From contig JABWCP010000002.1 of assembly GCA_013360215.1 (NCBI GenBank), forward strand, positions 1 through 64,000: 64,000 nucleotides of DNA, read 5' to 3'. Below are positions 48,913 to 59,384 of this stretch, piece after piece (within the stretch, counting starts at the first letter, position 1; every line of letters begins with the position of its first letter). This DNA comes from a bacterium (lineage in GTDB: Bacteria > CLD3 > SB21). The notes below the pieces were generated by a model. It ran no database searches. It saw only the letters and a program-made list of their open reading frames with translations, and was not told the DNA's origin. The position numbers and the translations under genes are program-made.

Positions 48913-49281
48913 ATGCAGCGTATATTTGGATTCTTAATTTTTAGTTTTTTAATGGCCGGATGCGGCAATACCAGCCGACTGATCGTTTATACCGATGCTA
49001 ATTATGCTATGGTCGAAAAAGGGAAAAATATACGCGTCAAACACGTGGACGGTAAATTTGTTCAGTTTTACAAGATGGTAATTGATAAAACAGATGATGA
49101 ATATATTTACGCCCGTTGCTGGAAAACTAAAAAAAGTACGCCGGAGGATCTACGTTTTAAGAAATCGGAAGTCATATTGGAAAGTACAGAGTTTAGTGTA
49201 TCCCGCACAACGGAATACGTCATGCTCATCGGTGTAACAATTTTATTGATATTTCTTTCAGATCGAATTTTGAGAGGGTAG
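48913..49281 (+). CDS. Hypothetical lipoprotein with C-terminal hydrophobic helix
   Basis: AAGGGG SD, ATG at 48913, MAGC lipobox. Confidence 0.6.
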   Translation: MQRIFGFLIFSFLMAGCGNTSRLIVYTDANYAMVEKGKNIRVKHVDGKFVQFYKMVIDKTDDEYIYARCWKTKKSTPEDLRFKKSEVILESTEFSVSRTTEYVMLIGVTILLIFLSDRILRG

Positions 49282-49287
49282 TACATA

Positions 49288-50214
49288 ATGTCGGGTTCCT
49301 TACGTTTTGAAACCGTGCCGTGTCCGGTATGCTCGCATGATCAATATTCACCATGGATGCGATTTAATGATAAATATGCCGATCATATGCTGGTTCGATG
49401 CGTGCAATGCCAATTTGTATATCTCAACCCAAGACCGACAGAAGATACCATCGGGGTCTATTATTCCGCCGAAGAGTACACGCCGTTTGTAAGTTCGTCC
49501 GATAACCGCAGTTTATTTGCCAAAATTTATCATACGGTCCGCCGCTTTTCTGTACGATGGAAGCGTAAAAAAGTAGAAAATAAATCAAACAAAGGTTTAG
49601 TCATTGATTTAGGATGTGGCACAGCTGAATTTCTCAATGAAATGAAACAAAACGGGTGGCAGGTTGCCGGTATCGAACCTTCGCCGGAAGCATCAGAATT
49701 TGCACGTTCTAACTATGATGTTCCTGTCCTCACGGGTACTATTAATCGGGAGCTCATAGGGCAAACACCGGACAAGCCTGATGTTATTACCATGTGGCAT
49801 GTACTGGAGCACGTGCATCGTTTGGATGAAACACTGGATTTGATTTATAAAAAACTTAAACCGGGTGGCACTTTGGTTATCGCTGTACCTAATATTAGTT
49901 CATTGGATGCTCTTTTTTACGGACGCGATTGGGTGGCATTGGATGTACCGCGTCATTTGTACGATTTTGTTTTAGCTGATCTCCGATCGTTGCTAAATAA
50001 ACATCAGTTTCGGGTCTATCGCACGCATGGCATGCCTATTGATGCGGTATTCAATGTATTAATGAGTGAAAAAAATATTATTCAACGACGCGGTTTGTGG
50101 TTTCTCCCTCTGTCATTGGTACGTATCCCATTGGTTGTGTTTATCACTACGATTGCCGGATTGATACGCGGGAAAGCGTCGGCTATCGTGGTTTATGCTG
50201 AAAAACAAGGATAA
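49288..50214 (+). CDS. Class I SAM-dependent methyltransferase with N-terminal Cys motifs
   Basis: CPVC, C..C; IDLGCGTAEFL, GIEPS, DVITMWHVLEH, LKPGG, VPN. Confidence 0.88.
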   Translation: MSGSLRFETVPCPVCSHDQYSPWMRFNDKYADHMLVRCVQCQFVYLNPRPTEDTIGVYYSAEEYTPFVSSSDNRSLFAKIYHTVRRFSVRWKRKKVENKSNKGLVIDLGCGTAEFLNEMKQNGWQVAGIEPSPEASEFARSNYDVPVLTGTINRELIGQTPDKPDVITMWHVLEHVHRLDETLDLIYKKLKPGGTLVIAVPNISSLDALFYGRDWVALDVPRHLYDFVLADLRSLLNKHQFRVYRTHGMPIDAVFNVLMSEKNIIQRRGLWFLPLSLVRIPLVVFITTIAGLIRGKASAIVVYAEKQG

Positions 50215-50215
50215 C

Positions 50216-52027
50216 ATGGAAAATCGAATACAAATACTACCGGATCATATTGCCAATAAAATTGCGGCCGGCGAGGTTGTTGAACGCCCGGCTTCGGTAG
50301 TTAAGGAATTGGTTGAAAATAGTTTGGATGCCGGTGCGGATGAGGTTACGATCACGGTCCGATCCGGAGGAAAAGATCTTGTGCAGGTGATTGATAACGG
50401 TAAAGGTATGACACAAGACGATGCTGTGCTTTGTTTTGAAAGGCACGCGACCAGTAAAATACGCCAATGGGAAGATTTGCTCAAAGTACAGAGTTTCGGG
50501 TTTCGTGGGGAAGCCTTAGCCAGCATTGCTTCCGTCTCCGACATTGAGCTAAAAACACGTACGTCCGATCAGGAGGTTGGAACCCTAGTCCAATTGCACG
50601 CCGGAAAGTTGAATAACGTAACACAAGAAGCATCGCTACCGGGTACCACGATAACCGTCAAAAATTTGTTCTACAATGTACCGGCACGTCGTAATTTTTT
50701 AAAGACCAATACAACCGAGTTTCGGCATATTGCGGGCGTCATCAAACGATTTGCTATCGCATATCCCGCCGTTGAATTTACATTGATCCATGATGATGAA
50801 AAAATATTTCAATTGCGGAAAACGGATCTTTACGGGCGCTTGGAAAAAGTCATCGGTCGGGAAATCATGTCATATACATTGCCGCTAATGGCGGATCAGT
50901 TTGGCGTAAAAATTCATGGGTATGTTAGCAAACCCTCGTTCTCATATAAAACCAAAGGCGAACAATTTCTTTTTGTCAATGGAAGACCCATCGTGAACCG
51001 CACGGCGAATTTTTCTGTAGCGTCGGCGTACGGCCATACCATTCCCAAAGGTGATAAACCATTCTTCGTTTTATTTCTGGAGTGGAATTCAGAAGAGTTT
51101 GATGTCAACGTGCATCCGACAAAAGCCGAGGTCAAATTTAAAGACGAACAGCTTTTGTACCGTGTTGTATTTCATGCCGTAAGGGACACCATGAATACGG
51201 ATGTGATGATTCCCAGCCTGACCCAATCTCATCCGATGCATTCTTCTTCCAATGATATTCGTACCTCTGATGGTACGGCTATGATGCTGGAACTTAATAC
51301 ACAGCGTCAACCTTTGCAGTGGACGACACCGGCGCATTCCGACACCGCTCCGCAACCCACACCGGACGAAACCGTAGCGCAATTTTTCTCAGCTGAAGAA
51401 ACGGCTCCGAGCTCCAAAAGTTATATACAAGATCAATTGGTCAAACGTATCCCGGTCAACCTCAACAGCATGGTTTGGCAACTGCATAATCGGTATATCG
51501 TTTCGCAAATCAAAAGCGGTTTAGCCATCATCGATCAGCATGTGGCGCATGAGCGAATCCTCTATGAAAGAGCGCTGGATGCCTTTGAACATAATCCGAT
51601 TTTTTCACAACAATTACTTTTTCCTCAGACGATTGAGTTTTCTCCTGAAGATTTTTCCATTATTGAAAAACATATTGCTTTGATGGAGCGGCTTGGCTTT
51701 ATCGTGAAAGTATTCGGTAAACGGACGCTGGTCGTCGAAGCCGTTCCGGCCGATGTTCGTCTTGGTAATGAGCAAAAAATCCTTACGGAGATTATTCGTG
51801 AATACAAAGAGCACGAGCATGATGCTATGGATCCTCGTGATAATCTGGCCAAATCGTTTGCCTGCAAATCGGCTATCAAATCGGGCGATCCATTGAACGT
51901 GGATGAAATGAACGGGCTTATAGACCAATTATTTGCCTGCAAATTCCCTTACGTATGTCCGCACGGACGACCTATTATCATCCAATTGACGTTGGATGAA
52001 TTAGACAAACGTTTTATGCGCACCTGA
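50216..52027 (+). CDS. mutL: DNA mismatch repair endonuclease MutL
   Basis: IAAGEVVERPASVVKELVENSLDA, GFRGEALASI, DVNVHPTK, DQHVAHERILYE, ACK, CPHGRP. Confidence 0.97.
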   Translation: MENRIQILPDHIANKIAAGEVVERPASVVKELVENSLDAGADEVTITVRSGGKDLVQVIDNGKGMTQDDAVLCFERHATSKIRQWEDLLKVQSFGFRGEALASIASVSDIELKTRTSDQEVGTLVQLHAGKLNNVTQEASLPGTTITVKNLFYNVPARRNFLKTNTTEFRHIAGVIKRFAIAYPAVEFTLIHDDEKIFQLRKTDLYGRLEKVIGREIMSYTLPLMADQFGVKIHGYVSKPSFSYKTKGEQFLFVNGRPIVNRTANFSVASAYGHTIPKGDKPFFVLFLEWNSEEFDVNVHPTKAEVKFKDEQLLYRVVFHAVRDTMNTDVMIPSLTQSHPMHSSSNDIRTSDGTAMMLELNTQRQPLQWTTPAHSDTAPQPTPDETVAQFFSAEETAPSSKSYIQDQLVKRIPVNLNSMVWQLHNRYIVSQIKSGLAIIDQHVAHERILYERALDAFEHNPIFSQQLLFPQTIEFSPEDFSIIEKHIALMERLGFIVKVFGKRTLVVEAVPADVRLGNEQKILTEIIREYKEHEHDAMDPRDNLAKSFACKSAIKSGDPLNVDEMNGLIDQLFACKFPYVCPHGRPIIIQLTLDELDKRFMRT

Positions 52028-52043
52028 GCAAGGCGCATCCTTT

Positions 52044-52979
52044 ATGAACGATTTGAATCCTAATGTATTAGTGATTGTCGGACCGACGGCGATCGGTAAA
52101 ACAGCTTTGGGCATAGAACTGTCAGAATATTCTGATGTTGAAATCGTTTCCGCCGATTCCCGCCAGCTTTACCGCTATATGGATATATGTACGGCCAAGC
52201 CGGATAACACACAACGCCTTCGTGTCCCGCACCATTTTATTGATCATATCAACCCGGACGAGACCTATAATGCAGCGCAATATGCGCGTGAAGCACTTCC
52301 CGTTATTCAATCCATCTTTGATCGCGGCAAGCTACCCGTGATTGTGGGAGGGTCGGGCTTGTATATTCGTGCTTTGATTGATGGATTTTTTGAAGGCGTA
52401 GATAACAACGAAACCGTACGTGACGAGATACGAAAGCAAATAGATTCTGAAGGTATCGTATCTGTTTTTGAAGAGTTACGGCAAAATGACCCCGAAACGG
52501 CGAACCGGTTGCATATCGGTGATATTCAAAGAATTGAGCGCGCATTGGAGGTTTTTCGTGTAACCGGTAAACCGCTGTCCCAATGGCACAAGGAAACCCA
52601 ATCCAAGTTTCCTTGGAATTCACTATGGGTTGGCTTGGATTGCGACCGTACAAAGTTGTATCAACGTATTGAAATGCGTGTGGATCAAATGATCGAGCAA
52701 GGGGTGATCGGTGAAACCGAGATGCTGCTTGAACGGGGATATTCGGAAAATCTGATCTCGATGCAAAGTTTGGGATATAGAGAGATTATCGCTTATCTGA
52801 AGGGAACAATGGATCGCGATACAATGGTGCGTTTATTTAAACAAGGGTCGCGTAATTACGCTAAACGTCAGTTGACGTGGTTTAGGAAGAACGAACGCAT
52901 TCGATGGATTATGACAGATAAAAATAGCCCGGAGAAAATATTGGACGATACATTAAAGCATTTCAACTTGAACAAATAA
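52044..52979 (+). CDS. miaA: tRNA dimethylallyltransferase
   Basis: GPTAIGKT, SADSRQLY, TAKP, VGGSGLY, YAKRQLTWF. Confidence 0.96.
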   Translation: MNDLNPNVLVIVGPTAIGKTALGIELSEYSDVEIVSADSRQLYRYMDICTAKPDNTQRLRVPHHFIDHINPDETYNAAQYAREALPVIQSIFDRGKLPVIVGGSGLYIRALIDGFFEGVDNNETVRDEIRKQIDSEGIVSVFEELRQNDPETANRLHIGDIQRIERALEVFRVTGKPLSQWHKETQSKFPWNSLWVGLDCDRTKLYQRIEMRVDQMIEQGVIGETEMLLERGYSENLISMQSLGYREIIAYLKGTMDRDTMVRLFKQGSRNYAKRQLTWFRKNERIRWIMTDKNSPEKILDDTLKHFNLNK

Positions 52980-53003
52980 GGATAAAATTTATACTAAATA
53001 AGT

Positions 53004-53056
53004 AACGGCCACCCGGGTCATGTCAATAACATATACCGGAGTGGCCGTTTTAATTT
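53004..53056. terminator. Long hairpin between convergent miaA and cyclophilin genes; probable bidirectional terminator
   Basis: aacggccac.cgg.t.atgt-caata-acat..accgg.gtggccgtt followed by T-rich sequence. Confidence 0.75.
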
Positions 53057-53800
53057 TTATTCTTCGATCTCCATCGTCTGTATGGAAACTTTTTTCATAA
53101 TTACGTTCTGAACAGGGCGATTATTGCGTGGGTCGGTTTGCACCATAGCAATTTTATCTATGACATCAAGACCGCTGACAACTTCACCATACACGGTATA
53201 TTCGCCGTCTAAGAAAGGCGTACCGCCCAAGGTGGTGTAGGTATCAATTTGTTCATTAGTAAAATAAAATCCCGGTTTCGCGGCTTTAAATTGAGCTTCC
53301 ATCTGTTTGAGTACATCCAGAGATACCGGGCCGTTTTGTACGATATAAAATTGTGAACCGCTGGATTCTTTTCGCGGATTGACCTGATCGGCTTGACGCG
53401 CTGCAGCTAATGCGCCACGTTTGTGAAAACGTTTTTTGTTAAACTCTGCAGGTACGGTATAACCCGGGCCGCCGCGACCGTCATTATAAGGGTCATTATC
53501 TTTGGAATTGGGGTCACCGGCCTGAATCATAAAACCGGGTATAACGCGGTGAAATGTCAGCGTATCATAAAAACCGGCGCGAGCCAATTTTTTAAAATTT
53601 TCTGTATGTTTCGGCGCTTCTTTATCGTAAAATTTGAGTATAATATTGCCAAAATCAGTTTCGATCACGGCGACTTCCGCATTTATTTTTTTCTTCTCAG
53701 TGGTTTTGGCCGATTGCGTACAAGCCGTATTAGCTAATGTAAGGCCTAATAACAGCATGGATATGTTTTTACTCAACGATATGAAATTACGGAACAGCAA
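53057..53800 (-). CDS. Exported cyclophilin-type peptidyl-prolyl cis-trans isomerase
   Basis: GGAGG SD with TTG start; signal/lipoprotein-like leader; FHRVIPGFMIQAGDP, RGALAAAR, SSGSQFYIV, LDGEYTVYGEV. Confidence 0.93.
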   Translation of the reverse strand: MLFRNFISLSKNISMLLLGLTLANTACTQSAKTTEKKKINAEVAVIETDFGNIILKFYDKEAPKHTENFKKLARAGFYDTLTFHRVIPGFMIQAGDPNSKDNDPYNDGRGGPGYTVPAEFNKKRFHKRGALAAARQADQVNPRKESSGSQFYIVQNGPVSLDVLKQMEAQFKAAKPGFYFTNEQIDTYTTLGGTPFLDGEYTVYGEVVSGLDVIDKIAMVQTDPRNNRPVQNVIMKKVSIQTMEIEE

Positions 53801-53852
53801 GGGAACCTCCTTTATTAATTATTTAAGCGATCCCAATCTATCGGAAAAAAAC

Positions 53853-54773
53853 GTGAAATTCAAAACGATTTGTATCTTCTTACTGATATGCTGCGTTCCT
53901 GCTTTCGGACAAGCGGAAATACGTTTTCAGATTAAACAGGTATTTCCCATCAAAACGTCGGATGGTAACAATGTTACACAGATCAACGCCGTATGTGTTA
54001 CTCCTTTGCGCGATGTGTATATGACGGAATCGTCCGGGCATCGTGTCATTCGAATGAATGCTGAAGGTCAAATGCTTGGTTTGTTTGGTGGGTTAGGCTG
54101 GAGCGGTGAAATGCTGGATTTTCCGACAGGGATTACCACTCATGATGGACTCAACCTTTATGTGGCCGATATGAATAATCAGCGGATTATCCGGCTAAAT
54201 AGGCGATTGGAATGGGTGGCTTCCATCGGCGGACATAATCTCGATTACTCCGGTCAAGAATCCGTTCATAGCGTGGCTTATCCCTTGTCACTAACCCAAA
54301 GCAAACAGGGTGATCTTTTTTATATATCGCAGGCGACACATCGTGTGTACAAAGTCAATTCGGTCACGGGCACTATAACGGAATGGAATAGTTTTACTAC
54401 AGGCGGCGGTTATCTGGACGATCCAAAACAGATCGTTATCGGTAAAAAAAATCTATTTATCAAAGACCGAACCGGTGTCAAAATTTTCGATATTTTTGGA
54501 AATTATATCCGAACCATAAGCGATGCGGTGTTTTCGGCAAATTTACTTCTAGCCGCCGATGAACGGGATCGTGTGTTGGTATGGGATGCCGACAAAAAAT
54601 CGTTAACGATATGGAATGCCGAAGGGCAGAGAGTGGCTTTGACAATAGCTTTTGCATTTGAAAATCCTACCGCAATGACTTGTTTCGGTCACTCGCTTTG
54701 GATAGTAGACCAGTCATCGACTGTCGGGGAATCAAAGCTCTATCAAATCGAAATTACCGAGGAATTGCGATAG
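53853..54773 (+). CDS. Exported NHL-repeat beta-propeller protein
   Basis: Signal peptide from GTG 53853; FGG.G...LDFPTGI...LYVADMNNQRI; L.DPKQI. Confidence 0.8.
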   Translation: MKFKTICIFLLICCVPAFGQAEIRFQIKQVFPIKTSDGNNVTQINAVCVTPLRDVYMTESSGHRVIRMNAEGQMLGLFGGLGWSGEMLDFPTGITTHDGLNLYVADMNNQRIIRLNRRLEWVASIGGHNLDYSGQESVHSVAYPLSLTQSKQGDLFYISQATHRVYKVNSVTGTITEWNSFTTGGGYLDDPKQIVIGKKNLFIKDRTGVKIFDIFGNYIRTISDAVFSANLLLAADERDRVLVWDADKKSLTIWNAEGQRVALTIAFAFENPTAMTCFGHSLWIVDQSSTVGESKLYQIEITEELR

Positions 54774-57700
54774 ATGCTTTATCGTTTTGCCGTTATATTT
54801 CTATCGGCCATTGTTATCGATTTATCTGTGGCGAGAGCACAGGATGAGACGTCTCCTTATATTTCGGCAGACTCCTCACTACAGCATACCTTGCTATCCA
54901 AAAATATTAACTACTTTCAAAGTGCACACACGATTCGCGGATATTCTTCCGACACATTGTACCATCTTCCGTTTCGCCGCATCATACCCGAAAGTGAAGT
55001 TTTTACCATCGGATATCAGACATTAATCCGCGAAAAGGATTATACGATACGTTATTCCGACGGCGTCGTTCGTTTTTCATTTGTCGTAGATTCTTCGATT
55101 ACGGTTGAGTGCCGTTTTTTAGTTTCACGTTTAGGCATAGATGACTCGTACGCCCGCCGTGATCTGCCGATCATTCGATCAAATATCGTTTCATCCAAAT
55201 CTGATACATTGCCGCGATGGACACCGCCTAATCCGTCATCGGATTTTACCAACGATCTGAATGGCCGTGGTACAATAACGCGCGGATTTACGATCGGAAA
55301 CAATCAGGATTTTACTCTAAACTCCGGATTGAATGTGCAAGTTACAGGTCAAATCGGGGAAGACGTAACGCTGGAAGCGGTAATAACAGACGAACAAACG
55401 CCGATCCAGCCCGAAGGAAATACCGAACACCTTCAGGAAATCGATAAAATCTATATCGAAGTACGTAAAGCGGATAAATTTACCGCGACCCTCGGTGACT
55501 TTGAAATACAAACAACAGGTACTCAGTTTGGCAATTTTCATCGTTCGCTTCAGGGCGTTCGCAGTTTGTACAACGATGGGCGTACCGACGCAGCTGCAGC
55601 TTATGGTACGGCAAAAGGCAAATATCACAGTAATACGCTAACCATAACCGAAGGCGTTCAAGGACCTTACGAATTAACCGGAAAAAACGGTGAGCGAAAC
55701 CCGATCATCGTTGCCGGTAGCGAAAGAGTGTGGCTTAATGGCGTAGCTTTGACTCGAGGGGAAAATAATGATTATGTGATGGATTATAATGCAGGTCAGA
55801 TCACCTTTACACGAAAACGTTTGGTGACGCCCGAATCAAGAATCGTTGTCGATTTTGAATATTCCAATGAAGTATTTAGACGTAATACAGCTTCAGCATC
55901 GGTGCGATCACAATTTTTTGACCGACGTTTAACTGTAGGAGGCGCATTTATATCAGAGTCCGATGATAAGAATAATCCGCTTAATCTGTCTATTAACCAA
56001 CAGTTACGCGATTCGCTTGCCTCGTTGGATGATCGGGGGCTGCAAGGCAATGGGAATACAATCCTGGTAGAGGGAGGACGATGGGTCGGGGAAGGGCGCG
56101 GTGCTTATTACAAAGTTTATGACGCGATTTCCGATGATAGCATTTACGTTTATTCCGGATCGGATAGCTCCGGTTCGTACAATGTACGTTTTACTGATGT
56201 CGGGTTTGGACGCGGTGATTATGTTCGCGGTAATATTATGGGTGAATTTATCTATGCCGGATCGGGTTTGGGTTATTATTTACCGCTTGTACCGATGGAT
56301 TTGCCTACACGGCAGAAAACGGGAATATGGTATGCAGCATGGAACCCGTTTCAGAATCTGCGGTTGCAAACAGAATTTGCATTGAGTCAATTTGATAAAA
56401 ATCTTTATTCCCCGCGCCAATCGCAAGGTTACGCCTACCAATTGGAAGCTTCCGTCGCAGATCAGGACATCCGGTTATTTAAAACGAAACTTGGAAAATT
56501 TGATTTACAAATTACACGTCGTAATCAGGATAGCAATTTTACTGCGCCCGATCGCACACAAGATGCTGAATACGGTCGCCAATGGAATATCTCCAATCTT
56601 GCGACGTCTGTATACTCAGTAACCGCGCCCGGATTACAAGAAACCGTGAATGATTTCAGATTGGCATATAAGCCGTGGAAAGGCGTACAAACTGATTTTT
56701 TTACGGGTGAATTAACGCGCGGCGATCATCAATTTGTATCCACTAAATCCGGTTCGGGTTTAAAAATAGATCGGAAAAATATTTTCATATCGGGCAGCAT
56801 TTATGATATACAGATTATGGATCGGACACAGTCCGTCATATTGAATAACCATACACAAAGGAAATTCTTTGATTTCAATGGTTCGTGGCGGATGTGGCGC
56901 CCGGGTTTGTATTACGAAGACGAATCGCAAAAGAACAGACAATCGGATTCGGTTTACGGCGCATCGTATCAGGTGATTCGCCCCAATTTAAGTATCATTA
57001 CCGGTCAATATCTTACGCTTGGCGCAAGTTATGAAATGCGATCGGACCGCATTCGAAATGATGCCGTGGACTCCCTCAATGGAAGGGTATCAAAATCTGT
57101 AAACCAACGTTATTATTGGCAATGGACGGAATGGCATAATCTCAATCACACGTTCGAGTGGCAACGAAGAAAAAGAGAATATTTTGGAAGTAAGAAAACG
57201 ATAGCCAATCCGGATCGCATCAGTAATCTGGTAAACGCAAGTGCCGATTATCATCCTTTTTCCAGAGCCGTGCAAGTCACCGTAGATTATCAGATATCTC
57301 AGGAACAACTTCAAAACCGAAAAATCGTTTTTATTCCGGTGCCGCCCAATACAGGCAATTTTGTTCAAGTCAGTCAAGATAGTTTCAGGCAGGTTCCGCA
57401 AGGGCAGGGTGATTGGATCCAAAGTGCCGTTCGCGGTCAAGGATTTACCCCTGTGGTGGAACTAAAATCAGGAATTCGGCTACGTTTGGAAATTGGTCAC
57501 TTATGGAGTCGCGCTTCAAAAGACTCAATAAGTGATAGATGGCAATCTCGATTTATAGAACGTTTGATTTATGAAGGCTTTTTTCGGATCGAAGAAAATC
57601 AAACAGATCCCGATCGTAGTTTTTATTGGCTCCAAGCGGTTCAAAACAAAAATACACAACGGGGGAATCTCCTTTTGCGGCAAGAGTTGAGCGGCTACGA

Positions 57701-58313
57701 TCGAATCTACGATATGCTCTGGCGGTTACGCTATGAAACCAACCGTACACGTAATCGTCTTTTGAATGACGGCCAGGATAAGAATCAGCGTGATATCTAT
57801 TATGTGCGCATTCAAAAACAAGTAAATCTGTTTTGGTCATGGGAACAAGAAGGAGAAGTCACGATCGCCCAAAGACAATCTTCGATCAATGTAAGCGGCC
57901 TCAATATCCAGTATGACATTCATAAAAGCAGATATTCGCCAAGTATCGTATTCAAACCAAAGCCGACGATGGAGTATCATTTACGAACCGATTGGCTGTT
58001 GGCGAAGGACTATGAAACCGGAAGTCGCGCTAAAATCATGAATTGGCAGCCGACGATAGTTTTTTCATGGCTCAACCGCGGGCGATGGACTAATTCCCTC
58101 GAACTGACACGCCTCTGGTTGAAAGGCGGATTAGGTTATACTCCGTTTGAAGTAACCGATGGCCGTGTACGAGGATGGAATTGGGTATGGATTTCCGCTG
58201 TGGATTACAGGGCCGGTGAGCACGTGATCATGCGGACAAATTATACAGGGCGAAAATACCCCGGACAAAAGATCATTCATCTCGGAACGGCCGAAGTACA
58301 GGCGTTTTTTTAA
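54774..58313 (+). CDS. Large putative outer-membrane beta-barrel protein with SprA-like motifs
   Basis: Signal peptide; G.ITRG...GNNQD..LNSGLN.Q, PIQPEGNT, GPY.L, GSE.V.LNG..L.RG...DY..DYN.GQITF; amphipathic strands; terminal Phe (AEVQAFF). Confidence 0.72.
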   Translation: MLYRFAVIFLSAIVIDLSVARAQDETSPYISADSSLQHTLLSKNINYFQSAHTIRGYSSDTLYHLPFRRIIPESEVFTIGYQTLIREKDYTIRYSDGVVRFSFVVDSSITVECRFLVSRLGIDDSYARRDLPIIRSNIVSSKSDTLPRWTPPNPSSDFTNDLNGRGTITRGFTIGNNQDFTLNSGLNVQVTGQIGEDVTLEAVITDEQTPIQPEGNTEHLQEIDKIYIEVRKADKFTATLGDFEIQTTGTQFGNFHRSLQGVRSLYNDGRTDAAAAYGTAKGKYHSNTLTITEGVQGPYELTGKNGERNPIIVAGSERVWLNGVALTRGENNDYVMDYNAGQITFTRKRLVTPESRIVVDFEYSNEVFRRNTASASVRSQFFDRRLTVGGAFISESDDKNNPLNLSINQQLRDSLASLDDRGLQGNGNTILVEGGRWVGEGRGAYYKVYDAISDDSIYVYSGSDSSGSYNVRFTDVGFGRGDYVRGNIMGEFIYAGSGLGYYLPLVPMDLPTRQKTGIWYAAWNPFQNLRLQTEFALSQFDKNLYSPRQSQGYAYQLEASVADQDIRLFKTKLGKFDLQITRRNQDSNFTAPDRTQDAEYGRQWNISNLATSVYSVTAPGLQETVNDFRLAYKPWKGVQTDFFTGELTRGDHQFVSTKSGSGLKIDRKNIFISGSIYDIQIMDRTQSVILNNHTQRKFFDFNGSWRMWRPGLYYEDESQKNRQSDSVYGASYQVIRPNLSIITGQYLTLGASYEMRSDRIRNDAVDSLNGRVSKSVNQRYYWQWTEWHNLNHTFEWQRRKREYFGSKKTIANPDRISNLVNASADYHPFSRAVQVTVDYQISQEQLQNRKIVFIPVPPNTGNFVQVSQDSFRQVPQGQGDWIQSAVRGQGFTPVVELKSGIRLRLEIGHLWSRASKDSISDRWQSRFIERLIYEGFFRIEENQTDPDRSFYWLQAVQNKNTQRGNLLLRQELSGYDRIYDMLWRLRYETNRTRNRLLNDGQDKNQRDIYYVRIQKQVNLFWSWEQEGEVTIAQRQSSINVSGLNIQYDIHKSRYSPSIVFKPKPTMEYHLRTDWLLAKDYETGSRAKIMNWQPTIVFSWLNRGRWTNSLELTRLWLKGGLGYTPFEVTDGRVRGWNWVWISAVDYRAGEHVIMRTNYTGRKYPGQKIIHLGTAEVQAFF

Positions 58314-58324
58314 TAAATGCTAAT

Positions 58325-59380
58325 CTAAGACGCGAGTTCGTTTTTCAACCGCGTGATGATATCTACCGGCGTGGGGTCCGTATTTCGGGCAATTGCCATA
58401 TAGTAGCTGAGCCAATCGCCGCGATATATGAGATTATAATAGCGCTCCATCAATGTCCCGCCGTCGGACGTGTATTCCGTCCAATGGGCTTTCCCTTTGA
58501 GCAATCGCATCAATATTTCAAAGCGTTTTTGTACCTGTGGATGATCTTCGCGATCTCGTAATAAGATCACATGACAGGGAGCATGATGGGCTTCGTGTAC
58601 GCTTTCCCAACCGACGATTTCATTGTGATTCATTTCGGGAACGGCATAACCAAAGGCTAATAGTTTAGCATTTTCCGTGATTTGCCCTTTGAGTCGCAAT
58701 GCCGCAGGAAACATACGTTCCGACGCATAGATGATTACCGGCTTGTCATGTAGTATTTTGCTATCGTGAATATAGGGATTATTATCGTGTATGGTTTTGA
58801 GGATGGTTGCGAGGTGCTTCATTTGAAAGACGATGTGAGACATCTCTTCACGAACCGAGGCGGATTTGAATATTTCGCTGAAAACCGCATGGAGTGTCGT
58901 AAGTGCATAACCGATGGCTTGGCGTGGCTGCAAACCACCCTGTATAGTGATATGCGATAATCCATGTTGAGTTGCGATGGACTGGACCTTACCACCGGTT
59001 GCAATAGTAAGAATCTGCGCTTGCGCTTCCATGGCTTCGTGTAAGGCTGCAATGGTTTCTTCCGTATTGCCTGAATAACTGCACGCTATAACTAAGCTTT
59101 CTTTATTGACCCAACGCGGAATATGATAATCACGGCAAACTTGAATCGGCAAACCTAAAACTTCTGTCCAAACGTTTTTAATAAAATCACCGGCTATGGC
59201 CGAACCGCCCATACCGCAAATTAAGATATTACGAAAACCAGCACGGCTCTTTGATAAACCGGAAAGGTTGCTTTTTTGACCGTCAAACCTATCTAGTGCA
59301 TCCGTAATGTGCTGATCAAAATGGCAGAGGACATCATAATAATTAGACTTATCAATTACGCGCAGGGATTCCTGATTCAA
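58325..59380 (-). CDS. Bifunctional phosphoglucose/phosphomannose isomerase (SIS fold)
   Basis: GMGGSAIAGD, SYSGNTEET, QPR.A, R.KGQ..ENAK, PEMNHNEIVGW, DPTPV..I..LK. Confidence 0.92.
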   Translation of the reverse strand: MNQESLRVIDKSNYYDVLCHFDQHITDALDRFDGQKSNLSGLSKSRAGFRNILICGMGGSAIAGDFIKNVWTEVLGLPIQVCRDYHIPRWVNKESLVIACSYSGNTEETIAALHEAMEAQAQILTIATGGKVQSIATQHGLSHITIQGGLQPRQAIGYALTTLHAVFSEIFKSASVREEMSHIVFQMKHLATILKTIHDNNPYIHDSKILHDKPVIIYASERMFPAALRLKGQITENAKLLAFGYAVPEMNHNEIVGWESVHEAHHAPCHVILLRDREDHPQVQKRFEILMRLLKGKAHWTEYTSDGGTLMERYYNLIYRGDWLSYYMAIARNTDPTPVDIITRLKNELAS

Positions 59381-59384
59381 AGCT

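Noticed and set aside
53634-53852. N-terminal extension of the NHL ORF overlapping the cyclophilin gene
   Set aside because: The signal peptide begins at GTG 53853. Similar over-extended starts were trimmed at 23248, 31320, 48871 and 50195.
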